Part shown: positions 49,766 to 60,734 of the stretch, in pieces
Position numbering within the stretch: the stretch's first letter is position 1
How the letters are laid out: every line of letters begins with the position of its first letter
Source of the DNA: Myxococcota bacterium
Lineage (GTDB): Bacteria; Myxococcota_A; Bradymonadia; UBA7976; UBA1532
NCBI GenBank assembly: GCA_036337435.1
Contig: JAYZEG010000063.1
Coordinates: 37,991 to 101,990 of the forward strand
Length of the DNA: 64,000 nt
Direction: 5' to 3'
Notes under the pieces: model-generated
Told to the model about the DNA's origin: nothing
Seen by the model: only the letters and a program-made list of their open reading frames with translations
Databases searched by the model: none
Program-made: the position numbers and the translations under genes

Positions 49766-51496
49766 CTACATTCCGCCTTTAACGCGAGTAAAGACGGCCA
49801 TGCCATCTTTGAGCAACGTCGTTGGTATATCGATGAGAAAGTCCAAGCTGTTCCCATCGGTACCTAAGACAAATCCAAGTCCACCTTGAGCTTGGAGCCC
49901 GTTGAGCGTCGCAGCAAAAGGATTCATCCCGCCGAGGCTCACCCTCTGCATCAACTTGACGGGTGAAACGAACGCATACAAGAAGGCATTTGCCACGCCT
50001 TTTTGAGTCAATCGTTTTACATCGACCGTCTTGCTAAACCCTTCGTCAGCACCTTTCATTGCTCGCTCAAGCTCTGGTTTTGCTGTCGCGCCGTAGGCCA
50101 AAATACTCATGCCATTGGTGATCATTGTGTGGGTCTCGTTAAAGGCCGACAGCATCGCCATCATAGGATTTACATTCGAATGCACGGTCTTCTGTACGGT
50201 CACGGGCACGTCACCGATCTTGTATTCACTGAAATTAGACGTGAAACCCAGTTCGGTATTAGCGGTCAATGCGGCCATGGCCTTGACACTCTTTGCATAG
50301 GCGGTCCGTGCCACGTTTGCGTCCTTAATCCCCGTGATGACGCTTGGCAGCATGCTGTTGGAGCCTGGGTATGGATGAACAATGGCCAAAAAATGCCCGG
50401 TCATCTGACCGAGCATGGCTCGACCACTCTCTTCGACCTCTTTGGCTATAGCAGGGTCGATTTTGGCGACCATTTTCAATGCCGACATGGCAAAGTTGAG
50501 TAGCATTTCTTGTAACTTGTTCGGCTCAGCATTGGCGGCAAAAGCGACGGACCCGAAAGCCACAGTGTCCATCGGTGCCGTTTTCAAAAGTGTGTGCTCA
50601 GCTCCTTTTAGTTTCGCCCAAGATGCACCAACACTGGAGCCTTCTTTCGCGGAAAAAAGAAAATTTAGCCCGAGTCCTGTTGGATCCGCGCTTAAGATGA
50701 ATTCTGCACTGGCGAGTTGTTTCATCAGCTTTGGAACCGACTCCAACATGTCGGTAAAGAAAGCGGCGGAGTCCGCTGCTGGTGAGTTTGCCAAATCAGT
50801 CTTCGATTTTGCTTTCGCCTGAGCGATGGCACTATCGATCTCTCTTTGTTCCGCTCGATAGACGTTGTCGAGGCTAACAAAGATGCTACCGGCTTTTTTG
50901 AATTGATGGTCCGCGAGCTTACTCAGGAATGCTTTGTGGGCCGGAAAGAGTTCAGGGTGCCGCGTCAAAACCGCGTGCTGGCCAACGAAATTAACGAATA
51001 CCGGCGTCTTTGCGCCAGTCCACTTCAGATACGAGTAGGCGTTGCCCGCATCGTTTTGCTTTTGGTTATTTTTAGGTAGGGATTGAATGAATTGGTCTTT
51101 GCTGGTCATTCCAACCAGGGTGGCAGACGGGTCCCGTCCGTAGGTGCTTCGCTCAAATAATGCGAACCCGATAGATTTCGACAAGTCGATCCCTGCCGGA
51201 CTCATCAAGCGAAACTCGTTTTGGAGCAGTGGCGGAGCCATCATTGTTGCGTCCGGCATGCCAGGCTGGACTGTATTGGCGATCGCCGAAAGAGATTTGA
51301 GTGTGTCGTTTGGCTTGGTGATCCCAGCATAGACCAAAAGTGACTTTGGTATGGTCAACTTGACAGCGCTGAGCTCTTTGCCGGTCGCTGTTGAGCTATT
51401 CGACTTTTGAGACGTGGTTTTTTCACAACCGACGAACATTGTCAGCATGGATAGGAGAACTGAGACAGCCAGTTGGCGAACATGAGTGGTCTTCAT
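49766..51496 (-). CDS. Lipoprotein of unknown function
   Basis: GGGAG RBS, MKTTH...MFVGC lipobox, long mixed alpha/beta ORF. Confidence 0.75.
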   Translation of the reverse strand: MKTTHVRQLAVSVLLSMLTMFVGCEKTTSQKSNSSTATGKELSAVKLTIPKSLLVYAGITKPNDTLKSLSAIANTVQPGMPDATMMAPPLLQNEFRLMSPAGIDLSKSIGFALFERSTYGRDPSATLVGMTSKDQFIQSLPKNNQKQNDAGNAYSYLKWTGAKTPVFVNFVGQHAVLTRHPELFPAHKAFLSKLADHQFKKAGSIFVSLDNVYRAEQREIDSAIAQAKAKSKTDLANSPAADSAAFFTDMLESVPKLMKQLASAEFILSADPTGLGLNFLFSAKEGSSVGASWAKLKGAEHTLLKTAPMDTVAFGSVAFAANAEPNKLQEMLLNFAMSALKMVAKIDPAIAKEVEESGRAMLGQMTGHFLAIVHPYPGSNSMLPSVITGIKDANVARTAYAKSVKAMAALTANTELGFTSNFSEYKIGDVPVTVQKTVHSNVNPMMAMLSAFNETHTMITNGMSILAYGATAKPELERAMKGADEGFSKTVDVKRLTQKGVANAFLYAFVSPVKLMQRVSLGGMNPFAATLNGLQAQGGLGFVLGTDGNSLDFLIDIPTTLLKDGMAVFTRVKGGM

Positions 51497-51670
51497 AGGA
51501 CACTCCCTTTTTGACACGATTCAATCACGCTCCAGGGTACTAAGAGCTTTCAGTGGCAGACAATACGGCTGTCGGAAAATTCATGTCAATGGCCTACTCA
51601 ATAAATTACCGACTGGAGATATGAGCTCAAACACCATCAACGGAACGGCTTACGCAGACGCCCACGATCG

Positions 51671-51699
51671 TTGACAGGACGACACCAGACTGCTATCGA
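51671..51699 (+). promoter_or_regulatory. Putative promoter of the OmpA-family gene
   Basis: TTGACA-17 bp-TATCGA. Confidence 0.45.
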
Positions 51700-51748
51700 G
51701 CCGCGTTGTCGCCAAGACACTTTCGATATCCTTTAGGGGAGCTTTTGC

Positions 51749-53116
51749 ATGCGTTCATTATCCGTCTATGTTCTGATTATTGCTTTTTTCAGCACCGCTC
51801 ACAGTCAAGTGAGACCGCTCGGGTTTGAAGTGGGCGTGAATGCCGGTGTGTGGGAAGGGGACGCGGTCTATGAGTCCGGTCCAATGTTTGGTGGCCAACT
51901 TCGGTATAACTTAACCCATCTTTTCGGTATCGAAGCCAGCTATCATACGGTTCTATCTCGTGCGCTGGAGAGAGAACAGGCCGCAATCAGTGAACCCCGT
52001 GATGCGAATTTGGGTTTAGTCGGGTTGGATGCTGTGATTCATCTCAGGGACGGCCGCTTCGTTCCCTTCATTGTGGCTGGTCTCGCGAGCATCATCGACG
52101 ATGAAAGCTATCTCGGGAGCAACGCCGGTGCTGGTGCTGTGTACTACATCAATGAACGGGTGGGTGCACGAGTCGATATTCGAGGTTGGTTTTCGGGCGA
52201 TGCGCCATCGACGGACCGATTCCACCATATTGGTGCCTCTGCGGGTGTCTTCGTTCGCTTCATGGGCAATGATGACCGGGATGGAGACGGCATTAAAGAT
52301 GCCGATGATCAATGTCTTTACAAGCCGGAAGATCGTGATGAGTTCGAAGACACTGACGGGTGTCCAGATCCTGATAATGACGAAGACAAAATCCTTGATG
52401 TCGACGACAAATGCCCACTGAAACCGGAGGATATGGACGGCGACGCTGATGAAGATGGCTGTCCTGAGGAGACTGTTGCGATCGATACGGATAAAGACGG
52501 CATCCCCGATGAAAAGGATCGCTGCCCTAAGCAACCGGAACTCAAGAACGGAATCGAAGACGAAGACGGTTGCCCAGAGAAGAAGGTCATCATTACCAAG
52601 GATAAGATCGTCATCAAAGAGCGGGTTTTCTTCGAGCTGGACAAGGCTGTCATCAAGGAAGAAAGTTACGAGGTTCTCAATGCGGTTGCTTCAGTCATGA
52701 CGAAGAACGCATTTGTCGAACTTGTCGAAATCCAAGGCCATACCGACAATCGCGGCACGGACGAGTACAACGACACGCTATCGCAGAAGCGTGCAGACGC
52801 GGTTCGGACATTTTTGATCAAGACGGGGGGTGTATCAGCAGACCGGCTGACCTCAAAGGGGTATGGTAAGTCGAAGCCGGTTGCCGAGGGCGATAATGAG
52901 GACGCCTATGCGAAGAACAGACGGGTTGAGTTTGTCATTATCAAACAGGCCGAACAAGCACCCGAAATCAAGTATGTCCCGCTGGGACCCGACGCGGCTA
53001 AAAAAGCAAAAGAAGCCCCCGCAACAGCACCTGGGCAAGCCGTGCCAGCGGCCGATCCCAAACCTGACGACACAGCCGAATCCAGTAAATCAGGCGCTGA
53101 CGCTGAAGATAAGTAG
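51749..53116 (+). CDS. OmpA family protein (beta-barrel + thrombospondin type 3-like Ca-binding repeats + peptidoglycan-binding domain)
   Basis: Signal peptide, 8-strand-like barrel, DxDGDG..DxCP repeats, IQGHTD...LSQKRA...GYG...NRRVEF. Confidence 0.93.
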   Translation: MRSLSVYVLIIAFFSTAHSQVRPLGFEVGVNAGVWEGDAVYESGPMFGGQLRYNLTHLFGIEASYHTVLSRALEREQAAISEPRDANLGLVGLDAVIHLRDGRFVPFIVAGLASIIDDESYLGSNAGAGAVYYINERVGARVDIRGWFSGDAPSTDRFHHIGASAGVFVRFMGNDDRDGDGIKDADDQCLYKPEDRDEFEDTDGCPDPDNDEDKILDVDDKCPLKPEDMDGDADEDGCPEETVAIDTDKDGIPDEKDRCPKQPELKNGIEDEDGCPEKKVIITKDKIVIKERVFFELDKAVIKEESYEVLNAVASVMTKNAFVELVEIQGHTDNRGTDEYNDTLSQKRADAVRTFLIKTGGVSADRLTSKGYGKSKPVAEGDNEDAYAKNRRVEFVIIKQAEQAPEIKYVPLGPDAAKKAKEAPATAPGQAVPAADPKPDDTAESSKSGADAEDK

Positions 53117-53124
53117 ACGAGCAT

Positions 53125-53168
53125 ACAGCTGGGGATCGTCCCCAGCTGTGACAATTTTGTTTGTTTTT
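53125..53168 (+). terminator. Stem-loop terminator after the OmpA-family gene
   Basis: ACAGCTGGGGA-TCG-TCCCCAGCTGT 11-bp stem with a T-rich run shortly downstream. Confidence 0.7.
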
Positions 53169-53238
53169 CTGACTCAGACGCACATCGGTTATATAATTAA
53201 CCGTGCCTTGAACAACCGGAATTGATTGGGTCTGTAGC

Positions 53239-55503
53239 TTGAAGAAAGCCTTTGTCGGGATTGTTGCTCTCCTTGGTGTTTGTGTAGCGACCGGGTTTAT
53301 TCTTCTCGACAAAATTGCCGATCATCTCATTCGTGAGAAACTGCCATCCGTCGAGATGCGAATTGGGCAATCTATCGACTATGAGACAGTCAACATTGTC
53401 GATTTTAAGACAGTGATTTTAAACTCGGTCATCCTTGGGGATGTTCATTCGACAGTGTTACGCATCGAGCGTATTGAAGTCGATCTTGATGATGGGTTCT
53501 ACAGTCAGTTTAAAGCGGTTCCAAAAGAAGTCCGCATCTACAAACCTGATGTCCAACTCAAGACCGATGGCTCCTTTCGCGGTATCGCCAAGGCTTTAAG
53601 AGACCTGATCCCAAAGAGAGGATCAAAGGCCGCGAGTGACACCTCAACCGGAACAGAGTCGCGTAAGCTGCCTTCGCTCATCGTCGTCGATGGGTCGTTC
53701 GAGGATTCATCAAAGCGAATTCAAATTCAATCGGCGACCGGGACTTTCGAAGGGCTGAAGTTTACAGGCTCATTTGTATTTGCTCGTCCCGACCAGGGAC
53801 AGTGCATTCTCATGGGGGATTTAAGTGAGGTTCATCTCAAGTGTGACCGTCCATATCGACATCCTATCAGTATGGGGTTCCAAGTACAGGTTCCAGAGGT
53901 CAAAGTGCGGCTTAAGCCAGTCATTGAACTGCAACTGCGGGGCTTAGAATTGTCTCGGGATGAGTCCTTAAGTGATGTCTTTAGCCTACTTGCTGGACTC
54001 AAAGCCGATTTCGATTTGGAGTGGTCGGAGAGTGCGAATCAACTGCCCATTGCCGTCGCCTTACAATTTCCCTGGGGCGGGCGGGTGTCGGGAACAGGTC
54101 ATTTGGGTCTCGGGCGGGACCGATTTCAACCGCGTACGCTCAACTTTGCGGCCAACGTCAGCGAGCTCCCATTAGCAAGATTCAGCTCGCATATCCAAAG
54201 TGGCCGTCTCTCTGGGCAGTATCAGGTCAATGTTGATCTTCTCGAACGCATACTGAACATTAAGGCGGATGGACGTCTCGATGAGTTCTGGCTTTTCCAC
54301 AAGGCGCTCAGCGAAAAACCGGTGGGTGGGGTACCCCTCAGCTTTTCAGGTCAGCTTGATGCAGAGATTGGTCAGCTCAAAAAACCGGGGTTTGGTCTTC
54401 GGCTCTCAAATGCCTTTTTCAAAATCGGCCAGTTGATGACCAACGTCAAAGCAGAAATCGGCAGCGTCGATGGGAGTTTAGAAACCACCAAACTTCAGCT
54501 TGCTCTCGAGAGTCCAATGGTACAAGCGGCGGTTCTCAATGATGCTTTACCGAAGGGGCTTTTACCCAGATTAGAACCCATCAAAGCAACGGGCATGCTG
54601 GGCTTAAAAGCGGGTCTGTTTATCGACTTTTCGAATTTTGACGCGACCCGCCTCAAAATCGAAATGCCTCGCAAACGTTTTCGAATCAAAACGATTAATC
54701 CCGAAATTAGGCGAAAACTGCGGTCTTTGCGAAGCTCATTCAAGCTTGAACACACCTTGACAACCAAGACGGGCACCGAGGTCAAGCAAACCAGGCGGGT
54801 CGGTCCCAATACGGCGAACTGGGTCAACATTGAAAATGTTCCGAGTGTGTTGCCCGAAGCAATTCGCATCCAGGAAGATGGTGGTTTCTTCGGTCACAAG
54901 GGGATCAGCGAATATCACATTCGAGGGTCTTTGATCTCGAATCTCAAAGCAGGTCGTTTCAGGCGAGGCGGGTCGACCATAACCATGCAGCTTGCACGGA
55001 ACTTATTTTTGACTAAGAGCAAGACCTTGTCTCGCAAGATCCAGGAGATCATCATGGCGTACATGCTCGATGGTGACGGCGTTTATTGCACTAAATTTCA
55101 GATTCTGGAGTTGTACATCAACATTGTTGAGCTGGGTCCTGATATCTACGGAATCAAAGAAGCGGCTAAGCATTACTTCGATAAAGACCCGGCCGCCCTC
55201 AGTCCCGTGGAGATCGCTTGGATCGTCCGACTGCTGCCCGGGCCGCGACTCTACTATCGGTCATTCCGTCGTGGGCAACTCAGTCATAGTCGGGTAAAAA
55301 AGATCAACTCACTTTTGGCTCGTCTCGTAAAGAAAGACCTGATCGCACCCGAACAGGGTATGCCCATTGGCGTAAAGACTCTTTGGCCCAACGGCAATCA
55401 GGGACGGGCTAAATCAACCATTGATGGCATTCCGAGTTGGTCTGTAAGAAAAGCGGAGAAAGCGCAAAGAGAACAGGCCAAGGAAGATGATCTTACTCCT
55501 TAG
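53239..55503 (+). CDS. Peptidoglycan transglycosylase (GT51) with long N-terminal beta-rich region, no transpeptidase domain
   Basis: QEDGGFFGHKG, GGSTITMQLARN, RKIQE, ELYIN motifs in the C-terminal third; N-terminal TM anchor. Confidence 0.88.
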   Translation: MKKAFVGIVALLGVCVATGFILLDKIADHLIREKLPSVEMRIGQSIDYETVNIVDFKTVILNSVILGDVHSTVLRIERIEVDLDDGFYSQFKAVPKEVRIYKPDVQLKTDGSFRGIAKALRDLIPKRGSKAASDTSTGTESRKLPSLIVVDGSFEDSSKRIQIQSATGTFEGLKFTGSFVFARPDQGQCILMGDLSEVHLKCDRPYRHPISMGFQVQVPEVKVRLKPVIELQLRGLELSRDESLSDVFSLLAGLKADFDLEWSESANQLPIAVALQFPWGGRVSGTGHLGLGRDRFQPRTLNFAANVSELPLARFSSHIQSGRLSGQYQVNVDLLERILNIKADGRLDEFWLFHKALSEKPVGGVPLSFSGQLDAEIGQLKKPGFGLRLSNAFFKIGQLMTNVKAEIGSVDGSLETTKLQLALESPMVQAAVLNDALPKGLLPRLEPIKATGMLGLKAGLFIDFSNFDATRLKIEMPRKRFRIKTINPEIRRKLRSLRSSFKLEHTLTTKTGTEVKQTRRVGPNTANWVNIENVPSVLPEAIRIQEDGGFFGHKGISEYHIRGSLISNLKAGRFRRGGSTITMQLARNLFLTKSKTLSRKIQEIIMAYMLDGDGVYCTKFQILELYINIVELGPDIYGIKEAAKHYFDKDPAALSPVEIAWIVRLLPGPRLYYRSFRRGQLSHSRVKKINSLLARLVKKDLIAPEQGMPIGVKTLWPNGNQGRAKSTIDGIPSWSVRKAEKAQREQAKEDDLTP

Positions 55504-56879
55504 CTTGTCTTGGTGTTGGTCGAGTCTTTTTGGGGCTCGTTTAGGCTCAAACTGTATTTCATCGCTAATGCTGTCGCAGCGTAAAGGCTAAACATTAACC
55601 AGTCCATCCACCGTTGACCGCCACGAACAACCAGATGCATACCGTGAAACACCAGCATGGCTTGAAACACATCGAGGATCCATAGCCTTCGTTCATTGAT
55701 GTGCCGGGTGTCTTTGTCGATGAGTGCCTGCATAAATCCCACACGATTCGTTCCAAATTGTCGAACCTGGCTAAAGGCAAACAAAAGAAAGGCCACGAGC
55801 GCAGGAATCCCAGCCGATGCCGCGGTTGATAGATAGAAACTATGACTACCGCGGCCCGCCTCGGCCGTAATTTCGACGGCATCATCAAGCTTTTTAAATT
55901 GGCCAAAGCCGATCCCAAAAACGGGATACTGGCCGACTGCCAAAAGAGCGTTTTTCGCGACTTGACCTCGATTGACGACGCTTGACCCACCAAACTCAAG
56001 ACGTTTTTCGATACGCTCGACTCTGTTTTCCGTAATGCGGTCCAGGCTAAATAAGATCAATGTGCTGACCGCGGCCATAAGAAACATTGAGCGCGGTGAT
56101 CGGCGCAGCCAAAACATGATGCCTGCAAGTACGCTGATATAGGTTCCGCGAGAGATTGTTAGGACAATAGCCGTCACCATGGTTAAAACGGCTGCGGAGA
56201 TAAAAAGACGCTTGAGGGCGCCGCGCTGACGCAAGTACAGGGCGGCCATTGGAAACAAGCCAAACGCAACCTTTGCACCGAGGAGATTAGGCTGGTTTTC
56301 TAGTCCACCGATCCGTCCAGTTGGTGCGACAGGCATGATCAAACCGAAGACGGCATGCATAAAGGCACAGCCTGCGATCAGCAGTAAAATTTTTTCAAGT
56401 TGATCAGATTCTCTGACCAAATCGACGATAGCGAAAAGAGCGATGATGCAGATGGCGGAACGTACAAAGGTTGTATATCCGCGAGCGGGTTCAATCCCCA
56501 AGAGTAGGCTTGCCGCGCAGAGGACGAAATATGCGAGTAGAAACGGGGTGCCGATGGGCCATTGCAAATCTTTAAGCCGCAGTAAACGATGGGCAAGCCA
56601 AACCGGTATGAGCGCGAAACCAGCAAGATCTCCCATCCCGAGTAGGGCGAATCCCACGGAGACATTGATGCTATCAAATGCGGTTCCAATGACCAGCAAG
56701 TAGACGGCTATTATCGGCTTTAAAAGCATGAATGTACCGGCGAATATCGCGGTGCCCAAGGCTAATATCGATAGAGGAGATAGCGTGACGAGATAACCGA
56801 TAATCGGAGCGCAGCACATTAAGAGAAATGTAATTAACCACCGTTTACGTTTGATGGGTGATGGGAGACTATTGGCCAT
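55500..56879 (-). CDS. O-antigen ligase/Wzy_C family membrane protein
   Basis: Many TMs, RIGGLENQPN, LTISRG, PVFGIGFGQF, HSFYL...GI. Confidence 0.88.
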   Translation of the reverse strand: MANSLPSPIKRKRWLITFLLMCCAPIIGYLVTLSPLSILALGTAIFAGTFMLLKPIIAVYLLVIGTAFDSINVSVGFALLGMGDLAGFALIPVWLAHRLLRLKDLQWPIGTPFLLAYFVLCAASLLLGIEPARGYTTFVRSAICIIALFAIVDLVRESDQLEKILLLIAGCAFMHAVFGLIMPVAPTGRIGGLENQPNLLGAKVAFGLFPMAALYLRQRGALKRLFISAAVLTMVTAIVLTISRGTYISVLAGIMFWLRRSPRSMFLMAAVSTLILFSLDRITENRVERIEKRLEFGGSSVVNRGQVAKNALLAVGQYPVFGIGFGQFKKLDDAVEITAEAGRGSHSFYLSTAASAGIPALVAFLLFAFSQVRQFGTNRVGFMQALIDKDTRHINERRLWILDVFQAMLVFHGMHLVVRGGQRWMDWLMFSLYAATALAMKYSLSLNEPQKDSTNTKTS

Positions 56880-57042
56880 TTTCAGAATACGTTTTCCCAC
56901 GGGCTTTGCTAACGAGGGCACCTAAGTCCTTCTAGCCTATTCCGGTTTCAGTATGCAATCTTTGGACGCCGGTAGCGGCCAATTACCAACAGCTTGGCTA
57001 ATGCTGTTCGCGCTCATCGATGTTCGTGTTATTGATTTATGT

Positions 57043-58119
57043 ATGGATCCCAAACACACACTATTGCGAATCATGACTGCTCTGATGCTGTTGTGCTTTC
57101 TGAGCGCATGCGGCGGTCAGCCCACGGTCAGGGAAAATATGGGTCAGTTCAATTGGAATACTGGCTTTGGCGGCGGTTTTGTTGGGTATTGCCAGTGTGG
57201 ACAGACCCTCTGGCTTTTCTCCGTTGACCGGGCGGAACGCTTCGACTTGTCTTCGAAGAACGGCCGATTGTTAAAAGAGCAGGTAAGTCATTGGTTTCTT
57301 GGAGCCAATCATGCCAATTTTGAACGCTTAGAGTGCCAGTCGAATGCCATTCGATTACGACCAGCTCAAGCCCCATCCAAGCCTATTTACGGTCAAGAAT
57401 CGCCGCAGACCGGTTGGGTCGGTATCAAAAGATTCAAAGAGCACTCCATTCGTTTTCCCCTAGGTTCGGGTGGCACTCTCGATGTGTCGCGACAAGGTTG
57501 GGTCATCAAAACGAATCAAGTTGTGCGTGATTGGCGACTCAAAGCCAGCGGTCTCATCGCTGCAACTGTCGATGGTGGTCGCGTGTGGGCCATCAGCGAT
57601 AGAGCCCTTTGGCGAGTTGACGTAAATCGACGTAGAATGGTGTCCATCGCGCTGCCCAGTCAGCTGATTCAAGACGGTCTGTCGGGCTTGTTTATGGACG
57701 GTCGTGTCGTATGGCTACGAGATCGGAGTAACTTGGCTCAGCCCCTGGACATACGAGGACATTACGCGTATCCACTGGCTGCCCCTGGTAAAGTTCATCT
57801 TGCGTCAGACTCTGTCAAAATGCCCTTTGGCTTCGGAGAATTAAAATGGCTGGGGCCGTCGAGCCAACTTGCCTTTCATGTGGGTCAGACGGTGACAACA
57901 CTGAATGAGTCCGTGGACAGTCTACTCGTCTTGTCAGCTGCCCACGTCATGGTGTCTAGCGGAGACCATCTTGAATTGTGGCACCTGGGCGGAGTTCAGC
58001 CGATGCGTCAAGGGCGCTTCAAAATGCCAGGTAAGACCGTGGCCTTATTTCAGTTGGAGAAGCAGATTCTCGCTCTTGGAGAGGGATATGGCATGATGAT
58101 CGGGGCTTTTAAAAATTAG
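57043..58119 (+). CDS. Beta-rich lipoprotein of unknown function
   Basis: Lipobox FLSAC; short beta-strand repeats (propeller-like); start uncertain. Confidence 0.6.
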   Translation: MDPKHTLLRIMTALMLLCFLSACGGQPTVRENMGQFNWNTGFGGGFVGYCQCGQTLWLFSVDRAERFDLSSKNGRLLKEQVSHWFLGANHANFERLECQSNAIRLRPAQAPSKPIYGQESPQTGWVGIKRFKEHSIRFPLGSGGTLDVSRQGWVIKTNQVVRDWRLKASGLIAATVDGGRVWAISDRALWRVDVNRRRMVSIALPSQLIQDGLSGLFMDGRVVWLRDRSNLAQPLDIRGHYAYPLAAPGKVHLASDSVKMPFGFGELKWLGPSSQLAFHVGQTVTTLNESVDSLLVLSAAHVMVSSGDHLELWHLGGVQPMRQGRFKMPGKTVALFQLEKQILALGEGYGMMIGAFKN

Positions 58120-59615
58120 CCAGTTAGAGAGTAGGTCAGCCCAATAATGATAGCGGCCCCGACTAAACCACCGAGAACGCCTATCAAGATCGTTGGGTCG
58201 AAGCGAGTCGGCTCCGATGGTGTGACGGTGGTCATATTCGGCGCGGAAAACTCCATCAAGCTCGTTCGCGTTTGAACGCTGGCCCCGGCTTCATCTACGG
58301 ATTCATCGATTCGTTGAACCATAGGGGCCGGTATGGACAGGTGATTAACTGAGTCATTCATTTTCAACTCAGTATGCCCGGATGTTGTACTCACCGAATT
58401 TTTAGTGGGCGGAGGCCCGAGAATTGTTTTATCGGTCCCGCCAGTCATCGGTGCTTTGGGTGCGGGTACATCGGTCGGCAATTCGAATTCGTCTGCCCAA
58501 CTCCGTGGATCAACTGCGCCCAGGCTTGGATTCGCATCAACATGCTCAGTGCGCTCGTCGATTTGAGAATAGGATGCGGACACTGACACAAACGGTTGAC
58601 GTTCCAGCTCGTCAAGGGAGACAAATCCACCAAGCTCGCCTTGGAGCTGTTGAGCATCTGCAGCGAATTCGGGGGTGACAGCCAACATGGGCCTTGTCTG
58701 GTCTCGGGATGCCAGCGATCGTTTGACCAACACGGCAATATCATAGCTGGTCACCATAAGCCGGTTCGAAAACAAATAGTAGGTCAACGCATGACCCAAT
58801 TCTTCTGCGGTCTGGTAGCGCTCGTCAGGGTTCTTAGCCAATGCTTTTGCAATGATTATTTCGAGTTCTTTATCTATGTCAGGATTGAGCGTGTTCAATG
58901 GCGGAATATGGGCGGCCCGTACCAGTTTGACCGTCTCTAAATTAGTCTCTCCCTCAAACAGTCGGCGTCCAGCCAGTGTCTCCCAGAGAATAATGCCCGT
59001 GGAAAAAACATCTGCGCGAAGATCCACCGGGTCACCGCTGGCAGCTTCTGGGCTTAAATACCCAAATTTACCTTTAACAATGCCTGGGTCGGTTGCGGTG
59101 ATCTGACTTTGAGCTTTTGCGAGTCCAAAGTCTGCCAGCTTGACCTCGCCTTCTCTGCTTAACAAAACATTTGGCGGGGAGACGTCTCGGTGAATGATCC
59201 CGAGTTCGACGCCGTTTTCGTCACGTCTCTGATGGGCATGTGTGAGTGCTTTACAGATTTCAGCTGCGATAAACACGGCTTGCTGTTTGGGAATTAAATA
59301 CCCGTCCAGACGAGCCACCTCATTGACCATTTTGAGTTGAGTACCATCGATCCACTCCATGACAATGAAATAGCTGTTGTCCGATACGCCGATGTCAAAA
59401 GTTTGAACTACATTGGCGTGATTCAACGTTAAGGCAAGGCGCGCTTCGTCCAAGAACATCGACATGAATTTTTGGTTCTCGGAGAGATTGGGCAGAACTC
59501 GCTTGATGGCGACAAGTTTGTCGAAGCCTTCCATGCTCGTCGCTCGAGCTTTCCAAACCTCCGCCATGCCGCCAGCGTCAATTTTTTCTAAGATACTGTA
59601 TCTTGGCCCAGCCAT
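58116..59615 (-). CDS. Hanks-type Ser/Thr protein kinase with C-terminal TM anchor
   Basis: GGMAEVW, VAIKR, HRDVSPPN, DFGLAK, GKFGYLSPE, DVFSTG; ATG 59615 preferred. Confidence 0.95.
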   Translation of the reverse strand: MAGPRYSILEKIDAGGMAEVWKARATSMEGFDKLVAIKRVLPNLSENQKFMSMFLDEARLALTLNHANVVQTFDIGVSDNSYFIVMEWIDGTQLKMVNEVARLDGYLIPKQQAVFIAAEICKALTHAHQRRDENGVELGIIHRDVSPPNVLLSREGEVKLADFGLAKAQSQITATDPGIVKGKFGYLSPEAASGDPVDLRADVFSTGIILWETLAGRRLFEGETNLETVKLVRAAHIPPLNTLNPDIDKELEIIIAKALAKNPDERYQTAEELGHALTYYLFSNRLMVTSYDIAVLVKRSLASRDQTRPMLAVTPEFAADAQQLQGELGGFVSLDELERQPFVSVSASYSQIDERTEHVDANPSLGAVDPRSWADEFELPTDVPAPKAPMTGGTDKTILGPPPTKNSVSTTSGHTELKMNDSVNHLSIPAPMVQRIDESVDEAGASVQTRTSLMEFSAPNMTTVTPSEPTRFDPTILIGVLGGLVGAAIIIGLTYSLTG

Positions 59616-59777
59616 GTGTGCATTCTTCGAATCGCGATATCGTCGCTGATTTAACCTGTTTTTCGGCCGTCTGGCAATGTGTGACAGCCCAACTCTTTGC
59701 AAAAGTGATCTGGGCCGGTTTCGGGACGGGGATTGTAGACCCTGGTAAAGATACAGCGTCAGTGGACGCACTGAATT

Positions 59778-60602
59778 TTATTCGCTGGTTGTCTTCTTTC
59801 GCAGGCTGAAGAGTTCCGCAGCTGTCTCTTCAATGGCGCGGTCCGTTACATCAATTTGTGGCCAATGGGGGTTTGCTTCAAAGATTTGCTTCGCGTACTC
59901 AATCTCTTTGATGATGTGGTCTTGTACGCCATAAGCAGTATCGGCCGGCATCCCCAAGCTTTGTAGACGTGATTGTCGAATACGAAATAACGCGGGCGCA
60001 TCGATGCTCAGAGCAAAGATCTTTTCCTGGTTAATCGTAAACAATTCTTTTGGTGGCTCGATACCCATGACCAGCGGCACATTCGCTACTTTGTAGCCTC
60101 GCTGGGCTAAGTATGTACTCAACGGTGTTTTACTTGTTCGTGAAATGCCCACCAATACAATATCTGCTTTTCGGAGATTCCGAGGGTGTTGTCCATCATC
60201 ATTTTTCACGGCGAATTCAACAGCTTCGATGCGCCGGAAATATTCGGCATTCACAGCGTATAGGCCACCTGGTTCAGCCTTTGCTTCGGCCCCCAAATGA
60301 CTGGCCAGTTTTCCCATCAGGGGTCCGATGAGATCGAGTTCATCCAAGTCAACTTCTGAACATCTGTGCTGCAAGAGTCCACGCTTCTGTGCGTCGACCA
60401 TCGTATGGACAACCAGGGCGTTTGCATCGACCGCCCGGTCGACGATGCTCTCGATGTCATCATCGGTTCTCACTCGTGAGAAGATCTCGGTAATGATGCC
60501 TTGCTCCTCGAAGTGACGCAGTGCGGCCGTGACAACCTTGTCGGCCGTATCTCCTGTGCTATCGGAGACAATAAAAACTTTAATGCTCATCGGGTTGTTC
60601 AA
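59778..60602 (-). CDS. ppsR: PEP synthase/PPDK regulatory kinase-pyrophosphorylase (DUF299)
   Basis: VSDSTGDTA, YFRRIEAVEFAVKNDDG, GISRTSKTPLS, ANVPLV, AIEETA; start may be ATG 60590. Confidence 0.93.
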   Translation of the reverse strand: MNNPMSIKVFIVSDSTGDTADKVVTAALRHFEEQGIITEIFSRVRTDDDIESIVDRAVDANALVVHTMVDAQKRGLLQHRCSEVDLDELDLIGPLMGKLASHLGAEAKAEPGGLYAVNAEYFRRIEAVEFAVKNDDGQHPRNLRKADIVLVGISRTSKTPLSTYLAQRGYKVANVPLVMGIEPPKELFTINQEKIFALSIDAPALFRIRQSRLQSLGMPADTAYGVQDHIIKEIEYAKQIFEANPHWPQIDVTDRAIEETAAELFSLRKKTTSE

Positions 60603-60734
60603 CCTTTAAGTCAATGTCCAAGCGAGAACACCGTATCCATCACATGCGTGACTACGTCAAGGGTTACGCTTTTCTTTTCTCTCTATTTCTAGGAGATTAA
60701 GCAGCCCGAGAAGGGGAGTCGCCAATTCAGTTGA

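Noticed and set aside
52270..52575. Repeated GAC/GAT-rich DNA as a repeat array or CRISPR
   Set aside because: Encodes Asp-rich TSP3-like repeats of the OmpA protein; no identical repeats with spacers
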